A DNA stretch of 63,992 bases, filler included. It is 5 parts of 5 records of this genome, joined end to end, with 100 filler letters (N's around TTAATTAATTAA, not from the genome) between each part and the next. Parts side by side here need not be neighbours in the genome. Positions count along the whole stretch, not along the records: positions 20,822 to 50,232 come from DRR723986_8695; positions 50,333 to 58,300 come from DRR723986_8704; 3 more parts are not named here. One strand, written 5' to 3'. This document shows positions 41,369 to 50,812 of this stretch, piece after piece. The position numbers were made by a program, and so were the translations under genes. Under the pieces are notes generated by a model. The model saw nothing but the letters and a program-made list of their open reading frames with translations. It did no database searches and was not told the DNA's origin. Numbering within the stretch: the stretch's first letter is position 1; the number at the start of each line of letters is the position of its first letter.

Positions 41369-43681
41369 ATGAAAAAAGCCAATCCCCATGGACCCGTTGC
41401 CCGTGAGCTCGTCGGTGCCCTGTCTCCATCCGCTGTTCCGGGCCCTGATCCGGCGCTTTATGGCAGCGCCACAATGTCCCCGGCCAATCCGGTCGAGGTG
41501 CGTGGATTCCATACCGAAACCATCACCTACAAAGTGGGTCGGCTGGGGCTGGACGATCTGGGGGCGGTGCGTATCGCATTCCGCATGGTGTCAGACAGCG
41601 GCCAGCCACAATTCACCGATCCAACCGCGCCTAATTATGTCACGGCGCGATCAAACGGCGAAGGCAATCTGGTCCTGTCCTATGAAAAAACCGGCGGCAC
41701 GCGCCCGTGGTTCGAAGTTCTGACAGTACAGCAAAAGGGCGGGTATCTGCGCGAAGGTGAAGAAATCATCATCACCATGGGGGATACCTCGGGCGGGTCT
41801 CCCGGAATGCTGGCGCAGACCTTTATCGAAGGGGGGCGTGAATTCAAAGTCATGGCCGACATTCAGGGCACCCGGCATTTCGTCGAGGTGGCAGGCGATC
41901 AGCTTTTTGTGCCGATTGTTCCAGGGCCCAAATTCCTGTGGAAAGCCATATTGCCGACCCTGCGCCGCCCGAATGAGGCGTTTTTTCTGGGTCTGAAGAA
42001 CGAAGACATCTGGGGCAACCCAACGCTGCAGGCGGCAGGGACAAACCTGCGGTTGGAGGCCAGTGTGCCGGTCGCGGGCTTGCCGGACCATTTGACGTTC
42101 ACGCCAGAGGATCGCGCGCTGACCCTTGAAGGTTTGACGATCGCGGACGAAGGGGAGCTGCGGATCAAAGTCTTTGAAGGTGACACCTTGGTTGCCGAAG
42201 CGGGACCAATGATGGTCCGCGCGGGCGATGTGGCCAGCTATTGGGGCGATCTGCATGGTCAAACCGGTGAAACCATTGGCACCAACACCGCAGAAAGTTA
42301 TTTCGACTTTGCCCGCAACAAGGCATTTCTGGATGTGACAAGCCATCAGGCCAATGACTTTCAGATCAACGACGCATTTTGGGATCAGCTGAACGAGATG
42401 ACCGCCCAGTGGGATGAGCCGGGCCGATTTACGGTTCTTCCCGGATATGAATGGTCGGGCAACACGGCCATCGGTGGTGACCACAACGTGTTCTTTCGCA
42501 CCGAAGGTCGCCCCATCCGTCGCTGTAGCCATGCGCTGTTGGAGGGGACCAAAGACTACGACACCGACGCCAACACGCTGACGGATCTGTTTCAGGCGTT
42601 CCGCGAAACGGATGAGGATGTGGTCGTTTACGCGCATGTGGGCGGGCGGTATGCCAACATTCATTACGATCACGACCCAAATATCGAAACCGCCGTTGAG
42701 ATGCATTCAGCTTGGGGCACCTTTGAATGGGTGCTGACCGATGGGTTTGAAATGGGCCGTCGGGTTGGGATTGTGGCCAATTCGGACGGGCATAAGGGAC
42801 GCCCCGGGGCCAGTTATCCAGGCGATAGCCTGTTTGGCGCCTTTGGTGGATTGACCTGCTTTATCACACCGGAAAACACCCGCGACGGTATCATGGAGGC
42901 ACAACGTCGCCGTCACCATTACGCGACCACCGGATGTCGCTTGGCCATGGATGTGGCGCTGAGCTTTGAGAACGACAGCGTCGTGTTTGACCGCAACCCA
43001 ATCGGCAAACAGGATACGGCCCGTCATGTGGTGCGCAAGGTAATGATGGGTGATATTGTCGAAACCCCCAGCAAGACCGCACGCCTCTCACTCGATGTAC
43101 GCGCGCCACAGGGCATCGAACGGATCGAAGTGCGGAATGGCAAACAGGTTTTGAAAACCTTGCGCCCCTACAGTGAGGTCGATCTGGGCAACCGCATTCG
43201 CGTACTTTGGAGCGGCGCTGAATATCGCGGACGCGGCCGAAACACCACTTGGAACGGGTTGGCAAGCCTGAGCGACGCGGCAATCACTGGGTTTCAAACG
43301 ATCAACAAATGGAACCCGGATGCGTTGTTACAACAGCGCAATTCAGATCAGGTGATCTGGAAAACCATCACCACCGGCAACTACATGGGTTTTGATATCC
43401 AAACAAACAGCACCGAAGGCGCGCTAAAGATCACCACAAATCATGGCGACCTAAGCACCACTTTGAAAGACATCGGGATCGAGGATCAATGCCTCGATGC
43501 AGGTGGGCTTGAACGCATGATCAAAGTGTTCCGTCTGCCCGATGCGCCCTTGGATCGCCGGATCACACATGAAATGGACATCGATCTGCACGGTGACGGA
43601 GACAACCAGATCTGGATCGCCGTCTATACCGAAGACGGATATCAAGCCTGGTCCAGCCCGGCCTATGTTCAAGTCACCTAA
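41369..43681 (+). CDS. DUF3604-like / CehA-McbA-type PHP-fold metallohydrolase
   Basis: YWGDLHGQT, SHQAND, GYEWS, GDHNV, YAHVGG, EMHS, ANSDGH metal-ligand pattern; C-terminal AWSSP; no signal peptide. Confidence 0.72.
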   Translation: MKKANPHGPVARELVGALSPSAVPGPDPALYGSATMSPANPVEVRGFHTETITYKVGRLGLDDLGAVRIAFRMVSDSGQPQFTDPTAPNYVTARSNGEGNLVLSYEKTGGTRPWFEVLTVQQKGGYLREGEEIIITMGDTSGGSPGMLAQTFIEGGREFKVMADIQGTRHFVEVAGDQLFVPIVPGPKFLWKAILPTLRRPNEAFFLGLKNEDIWGNPTLQAAGTNLRLEASVPVAGLPDHLTFTPEDRALTLEGLTIADEGELRIKVFEGDTLVAEAGPMMVRAGDVASYWGDLHGQTGETIGTNTAESYFDFARNKAFLDVTSHQANDFQINDAFWDQLNEMTAQWDEPGRFTVLPGYEWSGNTAIGGDHNVFFRTEGRPIRRCSHALLEGTKDYDTDANTLTDLFQAFRETDEDVVVYAHVGGRYANIHYDHDPNIETAVEMHSAWGTFEWVLTDGFEMGRRVGIVANSDGHKGRPGASYPGDSLFGAFGGLTCFITPENTRDGIMEAQRRRHHYATTGCRLAMDVALSFENDSVVFDRNPIGKQDTARHVVRKVMMGDIVETPSKTARLSLDVRAPQGIERIEVRNGKQVLKTLRPYSEVDLGNRIRVLWSGAEYRGRGRNTTWNGLASLSDAAITGFQTINKWNPDALLQQRNSDQVIWKTITTGNYMGFDIQTNSTEGALKITTNHGDLSTTLKDIGIEDQCLDAGGLERMIKVFRLPDAPLDRRITHEMDIDLHGDGDNQIWIAVYTEDGYQAWSSPAYVQVT

Positions 43682-44010
43682 TATCGCTTGATAACGTTGT
43701 GCCTGTGAATATTTACAGGCGCAGCGCGATCGCCCACGAACGTATGTGTCACATCTAACCCGCGCTGCCCTTGGCTCGAACCTGGTAAAAGGCGATCAAC
43801 CGGTCAACAATCTTACCCTGTCGGTTCAAGTGGGTTTCATGCCCGATCGAAACAATGCGGTTGTGTTTAGTCAGGCTTCCAACGGTGATCTGAGGAAACA
43901 GAAGTGCTCACGTCTTTTGCCTCGAAGAGCGCATAAACATGTCGACAGCCTTAGATTTTTCCCTGACTGAATTATGCACGCTTTACCCGGATCACGGACA
44001 CCTCGAGCCG

Positions 44011-44016
44011 TTGACA
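44011..44016 (+). promoter_or_regulatory. Consensus -35 hexamer TTGACA upstream of tRNA-Arg
   Basis: Perfect TTGACA about 40 bp before the tRNA 5' end; -10 element not obvious. Confidence 0.4.
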
Positions 44017-44053
44017 TTTCCCAGACCTTCCCAGAAAAAAGAAAAGCATTTGG

Positions 44054-44130
44054 GGGCCGTTAGCTCATCTGGATAGAGCGCCAAATTCCTAATTTGGAGG
44101 CAGCAGGTTCGAGTCCTGCACGGCTCACCA
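44054..44130 (+). tRNA. tRNA-Arg (anticodon CCT)
   Basis: Acceptor GGGCCGT / ACGGCTC-A-CCA, D arm GCTC..GAGC, anticodon arm CCAAA-TTCCTAA-TTTGG, T loop GTTCGAGT. Confidence 0.95.
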
Positions 44131-44279
44131 TTTGCAAGATCAGTCGACAATTTCCAACAAATGGTGGTTGACTACCCACATCCAACCCACCCAGATGCCG
44201 TAACCCTTGCAGCATGGTTGTGCATTGCCTTTCGTTCGCGTTAACATCCAGCAAAGCTGATCAGCATAAAGGGTTTGAT

Positions 44280-45305
44280 TTGTCGCCTGATACCAAACGC
44301 CCGCTCACCCTGCGCGATGTCTCCGAAGCGTCGGGGGTTTCCGAAATGACCGTTAGCAGAGTGCTACGAAATCGGGGCGACGTTTCCGACGCCACGCGAA
44401 CACGTGTCTTAGCCGCAGCAAAGGAGTTGGGATATGTGCCCAACAAAATCGCAGGCGCGCTCGCTTCGAACCGGGTCAATCTTGTTGCTGTGATTATCCC
44501 GTCTTTGTCCAACATGGTCTTTCCCGAGGTGATGACTGGGATCAATCAGATTTTGGAAGATACCGAACTACAACCGGTTGTCGGAGTGACAGACTACCTT
44601 CCTGAAAAGGAAGAAAAAGTTCTGTATGAAATGCTGTCTTGGCGCCCATCTGGCGTGATCATTGCAGGTCTAGAACACACGGACGCCGCACGCAGCATGC
44701 TAAACGCCGCTGGTATTCCTGTTGTTGAAATCATGGACACAGACGGGAAACCCGTTGATGCCAATGTTGGTATTTCGCATCGACGGGCTGGGCGCGAAAT
44801 GGCCCAGGCCATTCTAAAAGCCGGGTATCAGCACATCGGGTTCCTGGGCACCAAGATGCCGCTTGATCACCGGGCACGTAAACGGTTCGAAGGTTTTACC
44901 GAAACCCTTGCCAAAAACGGTGTCGAAATCGAAGATCGCGCCTTTTACTCTGGCGGCTCTGCTCTTGCCAAAGGGCGCGAGATGACACGCGAAATGTTGG
45001 AACGATCCCCGGAACTGGATTTCCTATACTATTCCAACGACATGATTGGGGCCGGCGGATTGCTGTACTTGTTAGAGCAAGGCATTGATATCCCAGGTCA
45101 GATTGGTCTAGCGGGTTTTAACGGTGTCGAATTGCTGCAAGGCTTGCCCCGGCAATTGGCCACCATGGACGCCTGCCGGGTTGAGATCGGCAGAAAGGCC
45201 GCCGAAATCATTGCAACCAAATTGGAAGACCCCGATAGCGATATGGAAACCCGTATCACGCTGGCCCCCACAATCAGTTATGGCGACACGCTAAAAAGGC
45301 GCTGA
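44280..45305 (+). CDS. LacI family (gluconate repressor-like) transcriptional regulator
   Basis: TLRDVSEASGVSEMTVSRVL HTH, ELGYVPN, sugar-binding domain; TTG start. Confidence 0.92.
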   Translation: MSPDTKRPLTLRDVSEASGVSEMTVSRVLRNRGDVSDATRTRVLAAAKELGYVPNKIAGALASNRVNLVAVIIPSLSNMVFPEVMTGINQILEDTELQPVVGVTDYLPEKEEKVLYEMLSWRPSGVIIAGLEHTDAARSMLNAAGIPVVEIMDTDGKPVDANVGISHRRAGREMAQAILKAGYQHIGFLGTKMPLDHRARKRFEGFTETLAKNGVEIEDRAFYSGGSALAKGREMTREMLERSPELDFLYYSNDMIGAGGLLYLLEQGIDIPGQIGLAGFNGVELLQGLPRQLATMDACRVEIGRKAAEIIATKLEDPDSDMETRITLAPTISYGDTLKRR

Positions 45306-45309
45306 CAGA

Positions 45310-46524
45310 TTGGCATTGCCCCGGCTTGAAAATCGCGCGGCCCGCGCATTGTTTATGGATTGCCATGCCTTGGCAGAAAGCCCATCTGGGCCTGCCAAGG
45401 GGTCCGACCTTGGCGCGCTTATACATCGGCTTGGGTTCGTACAACTCGACAGTATAAACACCGTCGCGCGGGCACACGATCTGATCCTGTTTTCTCGGCG
45501 CCCCAGTTATCGCGCTGAGAATTTGAAACGACATTATGAGCAGGACAAAGCCCTGTTCGAACACTGGACCCATGATGCGGCGGTGATCCCTATGTCGTTT
45601 TACCCGCACTGGCACCTGCGATTTCAACGCGATGCTGAGCTGCTGCGAAAACGGTGGCGGAATTGGCGGCGAGACGGGTTTGAAGCACAATATGAAACTG
45701 TTCTTCAGCATATTCAGACGCATGGGCCAGTCAGCTCTTCGGATGTGGGCAAGGATGAAAAGAAGGGATCTGGCGGCTGGTGGGATTGGCACCCGTCCAA
45801 AACCGCGCTGGAATATCTGTGGCGCAGTGGGGCCCTGACCGTCATCGGTCGTGAGGGGTTTCAAAAACGATATGACCTGACGGAGCGGGTGATCGAACAG
45901 CACCTTCGCCCCAATGATCAACCCTGCGACGCTGAACCCACGATTGATTGGCTGTGCAACGCTGCTTTGGACCGGTTAGGGTTCGCAACCTCTGGCGAGT
46001 TGGCCGCGTTTTGGGACACGGTTTCAACCACCGAAGCCCGCGCTTGGTGTGCAGCTGCCGAGAGTCGAGGAGAGATCCAACAGATTGAAGTCGAGAACGC
46101 AGATGGTAGTCTGCGCAAACATTTTGCCCGCCCCGATATTCTGGACAACGTGGTCAACGCGCCTGCCCCCCCAAATCGTATTCGCGTGCTCAGCCCCTTT
46201 GACCCGGCACTGCGTGATCGCAAACGGGCCGAGCGATTGTTTGGCTTTCACTATCGCATCGAGGTGTTCGTCCCAGCCCCAAAACGCACCTATGGATATT
46301 ATGTTTTCCCATTGCTTGAAGGGAATAAATTGGTTGGGCGTATTGATATGAAAGCCTACCGAGATCGCGATACCCTCGTCGTTCGTGCACTCTGGCCAGA
46401 ACAAAAGATCAAATGGTCAGCCGCACGGACCAAACGATTGGAGGCTGAATTAGACCGGATCCGACGCTTTATCGGTTTGGGGCAGATCGAATTTGGACCG
46501 GATTGGCTGTGTGATCCGAAATAG
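45310..46524 (+). CDS. YcaQ/AlkZ-like (HTH_42) interstrand-crosslink DNA glycosylase
   Basis: FVQLDSINTVARAH (QxD motif), FEHWTHDA, LSPFDP..DRKR..LFGFHYRIEVFVP..R.YGYYV. Confidence 0.85.
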   Translation: MALPRLENRAARALFMDCHALAESPSGPAKGSDLGALIHRLGFVQLDSINTVARAHDLILFSRRPSYRAENLKRHYEQDKALFEHWTHDAAVIPMSFYPHWHLRFQRDAELLRKRWRNWRRDGFEAQYETVLQHIQTHGPVSSSDVGKDEKKGSGGWWDWHPSKTALEYLWRSGALTVIGREGFQKRYDLTERVIEQHLRPNDQPCDAEPTIDWLCNAALDRLGFATSGELAAFWDTVSTTEARAWCAAAESRGEIQQIEVENADGSLRKHFARPDILDNVVNAPAPPNRIRVLSPFDPALRDRKRAERLFGFHYRIEVFVPAPKRTYGYYVFPLLEGNKLVGRIDMKAYRDRDTLVVRALWPEQKIKWSAARTKRLEAELDRIRRFIGLGQIEFGPDWLCDPK

Positions 46525-46545
46525 GTTCAGGCCACCGAAGTCGGG

Positions 46546-47469
46546 CTACGCCCGCGTAATAAAACCACGTTCTTTCACCAGCTCCAACAACGCCTCTAAA
46601 GACGTATCAATTGTCTGGCCAGCCGTATCGAGCTGCGCGCGCGCCTTCTCATAGAGCGCCTCACGGCTTTGCAAAATGGATTTAAGCTGTTCCATTGCCT
46701 CGGGGTTGCCTGCCATCGGGCGTTCGTCGCCTTGCGCACGCACCCGGTCCATGTGTTCGCTTGGAGAGGCGCGCAGCCAAATGGTGTGGAAATGACTCAG
46801 CAAGCTATTGTAGGTTTCCGGCTCTGCCACGATGCCGCCTGCCACTGCAAGGATCAGTGTTTCATGGGTGGCAATCACACGGCTCACCGCCTGTGCCTCT
46901 AGCTTGCGGTATCCTTCTTGACCGTACAGAGCCATCACCTCGTCCACGGGCATGCCACTCTGTTCTTCGATCTCGGCGTTCAGCTCTACAAAGGGCACAC
47001 CAAGAGCATTCCCTAGACGAGCCCCCAACGTGGATTTCCCGGCCCCTCGCAAACCGACCAGACAAATCCGCTGCGCCCGCATCACCTGCGCCGGTTCCGG
47101 GTTTAGGACTTGCAAAACGGACTGCTGCACTTCGGTGTTGGCCACCCGAAACAAATCAGCCACTCGCACGGCATCCGACGTCCATGGGTCGTCTTCGCCA
47201 ACAAGCCATTCAACGCGGTGATCCAATGCAACAGCAACGCGCTGCAGCAATCCGATCGAGATATTACCCTCCCCCGCTTCGAGTTGCGCCAGGTATCTGG
47301 GGGACACGCCGGAAATTTCCGACAAGACACGACGCGGAATGCCACGCCGCTCCCGTGCTTTGCGAACCCGGTCACCGACACGGGCGATCAAATCTTTGAC
47401 CGACGCCTCTGCATCATCCGCTGGGGTGTTCGGTGTGCTCTCACCACGGAAATTGGTAATTTCGGCCAT
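46546..47469 (-). CDS. boxR: BoxR/BzdR-type regulator (XRE HTH + shikimate-kinase-like benzoyl-CoA sensor)
   Basis: GVSPRYLAQLEAGEGNISI HTH; LVGLRGAGKSTLG; RVRAQGDERPM; adjacent to boxAB. Confidence 0.88.
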   Translation of the reverse strand: MAEITNFRGESTPNTPADDAEASVKDLIARVGDRVRKARERRGIPRRVLSEISGVSPRYLAQLEAGEGNISIGLLQRVAVALDHRVEWLVGEDDPWTSDAVRVADLFRVANTEVQQSVLQVLNPEPAQVMRAQRICLVGLRGAGKSTLGARLGNALGVPFVELNAEIEEQSGMPVDEVMALYGQEGYRKLEAQAVSRVIATHETLILAVAGGIVAEPETYNSLLSHFHTIWLRASPSEHMDRVRAQGDERPMAGNPEAMEQLKSILQSREALYEKARAQLDTAGQTIDTSLEALLELVKERGFITRA

Positions 47470-47589
47470 TTCGCTCGTTCTTTGTGCAAAATAATGCCTA
47501 ATCATACAGCAATCACGGAGTGCTGACAATAGATCAGGCCACCGCGCGCACTATCCTGCAATAGCCAGAGAGACCTCAAAACAGAGCGC

Positions 47590-48774
47590 TTAATATGTCT
47601 CTACGTGATAGCGCCCGTCTTCGCGCATCTTATCGCGAACATCGACCCAATTCAAACCGATACCGCGTGCAATATCCTTGAGTGCTTCTTCCACCCCCTG
47701 CTCCATCGCCTTAAGGCCGCAGATATAGATATGCCCATTGGGATCCTGCAACAACTGACCGACCTTTTCAGCCTGTTCGCGCAGCTTATCCTGAACGTAA
47801 TGCTTGGTCTCTCCGTCTTGACGCGAAAACGCAAAATGCTTGCTCATGAAGCTGTCAGGTACTTTGGCGAGTGGACCGAAATATGGCAACTCTTCTGGGC
47901 GCCGGGCCCCGAACACAAGGGTCAGTGTATCTTTCAACGTTGGGTTTTCACGCTGACGGCGCATCGTGAACCCCCGGAAGGGTGCCGATCCGGTTCCCGT
48001 ACAGATCATTAAAAGATGCGCGTTCGTGTCTGATGGCAACAAGAAGGTTGCGCCAAACGGGCCTGTTACCTGCACGGTATCACCCGGGGCTAAATCACAG
48101 ACATAGTTGGAACACAGGCCCTGCTCCTCGCGCTTGACAGTCAGGGACAGGTTGTTGAAATTCGGACGTTCCCCATCGCGCGGACTGGATACCGAATACA
48201 GTCGCGGCAAATGCGCGTTGCCTTCGGCATCGGTGCCGGGGGGAATGATCCCGACGCTCTGCCCTTCGAGCACCGGAAACGGCAATGCACCTAGGTCCAG
48301 AATAATGTGGCGCACATCACTATCGCTGGCGTTATCCGTGAGACGGTAATTACCCTGCACACGGGCCTGCGCAGGCTTGCCCAACGTATAAAGGTTTATC
48401 GTGGGTTTCGACGCAGACGCCGGGGCCCTTGCTTTGCCGCCTGCACCGCTATGCGCTTCGGCCAACAAGGCTTCCATCGCATCATCTAGCGCCTCTAGAC
48501 CTGTGTCTTCGCTGGCCAGATCAACCTGTTCTGGCAACTCCTCCCACTCCAATTGATCCTCGACAGCATAGGGCGTCGTCACCACCCGCCATTCGTCAAT
48601 CGATCCGGTCGGGCAAACCGGAATGCAGTCCATGCAGAAATTACATTTCGAGGCATCCACCACCACATTCATGTCGTCATGTTCAATTGCTCCAGCTGAA
48701 CACGTCATTTCGCAGGTGTAACACCGAATGCAAATTTCAGGATCGATCAGATGCTGTTTAAAAGGTTTGGTCAT
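47590..48774 (-). CDS. boxA: Benzoyl-CoA 2,3-epoxidase reductase subunit BoxA
   Basis: KQHLIDPEICIRCYTC..C and CNFCMDCIPVCP 4Fe-4S motifs; FNR domain RLYSVSS, GLCSNY, CTGTGSAPFR, YICGL, YHVETY. Confidence 0.95.
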   Translation of the reverse strand: MTKPFKQHLIDPEICIRCYTCEMTCSAGAIEHDDMNVVVDASKCNFCMDCIPVCPTGSIDEWRVVTTPYAVEDQLEWEELPEQVDLASEDTGLEALDDAMEALLAEAHSGAGGKARAPASASKPTINLYTLGKPAQARVQGNYRLTDNASDSDVRHIILDLGALPFPVLEGQSVGIIPPGTDAEGNAHLPRLYSVSSPRDGERPNFNNLSLTVKREEQGLCSNYVCDLAPGDTVQVTGPFGATFLLPSDTNAHLLMICTGTGSAPFRGFTMRRQRENPTLKDTLTLVFGARRPEELPYFGPLAKVPDSFMSKHFAFSRQDGETKHYVQDKLREQAEKVGQLLQDPNGHIYICGLKAMEQGVEEALKDIARGIGLNWVDVRDKMREDGRYHVETY

Positions 48775-48944
48775 GTGTTCCGATCCCGGCGCAACAAGAT
48801 ATCAGGCAAGGTCAGCGCCTCGATCAACTCAAGACACACGCCCTTGCATTCCGTACACCCAACGCAAGGGCCACTGAGATTTGCAATGTCCTGACCCACC
48901 TGTGTTGTTCGGGGGGCTGTGGCGATGCCGCGCTGAATTTCCAT
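48771..48944 (-). CDS. Small (57 aa) protein with a CxxCxxCxxxC motif
   Basis: Strong RBS AGGGAGAGG; MEIQRG..GPCVGCTECKGVCLELIEAL..; stop overlaps the boxA start (ATGA). Confidence 0.75.
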   Translation of the reverse strand: MEIQRGIATAPRTTQVGQDIANLSGPCVGCTECKGVCLELIEALTLPDILLRRDRNT

Positions 48945-48990
48945 GATCCTCTCCCTTTTTGAACGGGGCGGGTAAAACCCGCCCTCCTCA

Positions 48991-50232
48991 TTATGCCATA
49001 TGAAGCTGAACGTATTCAAAATCGCCAGGCTTGTTGTCGATCCCAACTTTAGGTGGGGAAATCCAGCTGGCGTATTTACCCGGTTCAAAGCATGGCTTCA
49101 TCAAGGATTGAATAAAGTCACCATCCGCTTTGGTCGGCAACCAGTCCTTTGATTTGGCATCCCATTCCTCTTGCGGGATGATATCCCCGTCGGGATTTAC
49201 GTTAACCGCGGAAAAGACTCCGATTTTGCGATGGAACCCTTCGTGCGGCAGGGTCATGGCAAATTCGATCCCGTGCTTGCTGATGAGTTTATTCCAACGC
49301 CCGACACCGCCGGCAGCGTCTTTGACATAATCATCGCGCAGACGCATGTTAATCGCGGTCAGGGCTGGCACCTCTTCCGAGACGATCGCGCCGTCCTTAA
49401 CATTGCGCACCATGTAGGTGTCATTGCTCAGCTTGTGATCATCCTTGATCCGCATCTCCATAAACCGACCCTTGATGCCCGAATTGAAGGCATTGGCCGC
49501 GTTGGTCGAGACCTCTTGCCCGAACAGATCCAAAGACAGGGTATAGTGCAGGTTCAACTTCTTCTGAATTGTGGGCAGATCAATCACGCCCAGATCCCGG
49601 ATCTTATTGATGTCATAGGGGTCGGTAATTCCCGCTTTGTTCATCGCATCGCAGGTGGCCTGAATGGTCCGTCCGACACCAGTTTCGCCCACGAACATGT
49701 GGTGTGCTTCTTCGGTCAGCATGAACCGGCAAGTGCGCGACAGAGGATCAAATCCGGATTGCGCCAGACTTTCCAGCTGCATCTTGCCGTCACGGTCAGT
49801 GAAATAAGTAAACATGAAGAACGACAGCCAATCCGGCGTTTCTTCGTTGAAGGCGCCCAACATCCGGGGGGCTTCTTCGGAACCCGACGAGCGGACCAAC
49901 AGGTCGTTTGCCTCTTCGCGCCCATCGCGGCCAAAGTATTTCTGCAGCAGATAGACCATCGCCCACAGGTGCCGCCCCTCTTCGACATTCACCTGAAACA
50001 GGTTGCGCATGTCGTAGAGCGAGGGTGCCGTCAGACCCAAAAAGCGCTGCTGTTCAACCGAGCCCGGCTCGGTATCGCCCTGAATGACGATCAGACGCTT
50101 CATCAGGTTGCGGTATTCGCCCGGCACCTCTTGCCACGCGGGCTCACCGTAATGTTCACCACAGGGAATGGTGCGCCCCTCGACCTGCGGCGCCAACAGA
50201 ACACCCCAGCGGTATTCTGGCATTTTCACATA
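48991..50232 (-). CDS. boxB: Benzoyl-CoA 2,3-epoxidase diiron subunit BoxB (5' truncated)
   Basis: QGDTEP.SVEQQ, NVEEGRHLW, TDRDGK.QL, TEEAHHMFVGE diiron ExxH motifs. Confidence 0.96.
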   Translation of the reverse strand, partial: YVKMPEYRWGVLLAPQVEGRTIPCGEHYGEPAWQEVPGEYRNLMKRLIVIQGDTEPGSVEQQRFLGLTAPSLYDMRNLFQVNVEEGRHLWAMVYLLQKYFGRDGREEANDLLVRSSGSEEAPRMLGAFNEETPDWLSFFMFTYFTDRDGKMQLESLAQSGFDPLSRTCRFMLTEEAHHMFVGETGVGRTIQATCDAMNKAGITDPYDINKIRDLGVIDLPTIQKKLNLHYTLSLDLFGQEVSTNAANAFNSGIKGRFMEMRIKDDHKLSNDTYMVRNVKDGAIVSEEVPALTAINMRLRDDYVKDAAGGVGRWNKLISKHGIEFAMTLPHEGFHRKIGVFSAVNVNPDGDIIPQEEWDAKSKDWLPTKADGDFIQSLMKPCFEPGKYASWISPPKVGIDNKPGDFEYVQLHMA

Positions 50233-50332
50233 NNNNNNNNNNNNNNNNNNNNNNNNNNNNNNNNNNNNNNNNNNNNTTAATTAATTAANNNNNNNNNNNN
50301 NNNNNNNNNNNNNNNNNNNNNNNNNNNNNNNN
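50233..50332. other. Artificial contig spacer
   Basis: N44-TTAATTAATTAA-N44. Confidence 0.99.
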
Positions 50333-50354
50333 TCAAATCCTACTCCCGCAACCA
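50333..50354 (+). tRNA. 3' end of a tRNA, probably initiator tRNA-Met (truncated by the contig edge)
   Basis: TCAAATCCTACTCCCGCAACCA gives the T-loop, acceptor strand and CCA typical of alphaproteobacterial tRNA-fMet; anticodon not present. Confidence 0.7.
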
Positions 50355-50368
50355 AAAAAACCAAAAGC

Positions 50369-50396
50369 ACCCGTAGCCAAAACGCTGCGGGTTTTG
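50369..50396 (+). terminator. Terminator after the tRNA
   Basis: ACCCGTAGC / GCTGCGGGT stem followed by TTTG. Confidence 0.6.
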
Positions 50397-50665
50397 TCGT
50401 TTGGTGGCGCAGGCAGCGCGGTTTCTTTGAGGCTTCCCTGGGTTTGTAGACGCATGGTTTGGTGATTTTAGAGCCTGGGACCATCTCTTATGCACACTGG
50501 GGCGCGGATCCTTTGCGGGAGAAGGCAGTTGTCTTGCTCTCTCACCCCGCGCTTCCATGTCCTGTTCTGTGTCGCCTCATGCGGACCACCAAAGCACGCT
50601 GCCCCAGACTATTGGATCGGTTCAGTGTCCTTGCCCCAATCAAGAATAGAAGAAATTCCGGCCGG

Positions 50666-50681
50666 GTTAATCTTGGGTTAA
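50666..50681. promoter_or_regulatory. CtrA-type binding site TTAA-N7-TTAA
   Basis: GTTAA-TCTTGGG-TTAA reads TTAA-N7-TTAAC on the minus strand; about 130 bp upstream of the CHASE kinase. Confidence 0.65.
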
Positions 50682-50812
50682 TTCTGAGGGGCGAAAGTGC
50701 CGCAGATTACTGCCCTTCTCTGTCCTTTCGGGGAATTTGATTGATTGGTTTAAAAAACCTACCTATCAACTAAGGCGAGAACGTAACAATTGACTTGATT
50801 TGATGCAGGGTC

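Noticed and set aside
43746-43970. 74-aa ORF before tRNA-Arg
   Set aside because: No RBS or homology cues; not recognisable as an integrase remnant.
44054-44130. tRNA-Arg as the attachment site of the upstream island
   Set aside because: The island lies on the tRNA 5' side; I found no duplicated tRNA fragment and no integrase.
48945-49088. 105-aa version of the ORF between boxB and boxA
   Set aside because: The extension overlaps boxB and a hairpin; the strong RBS supports the ATG at 48944.
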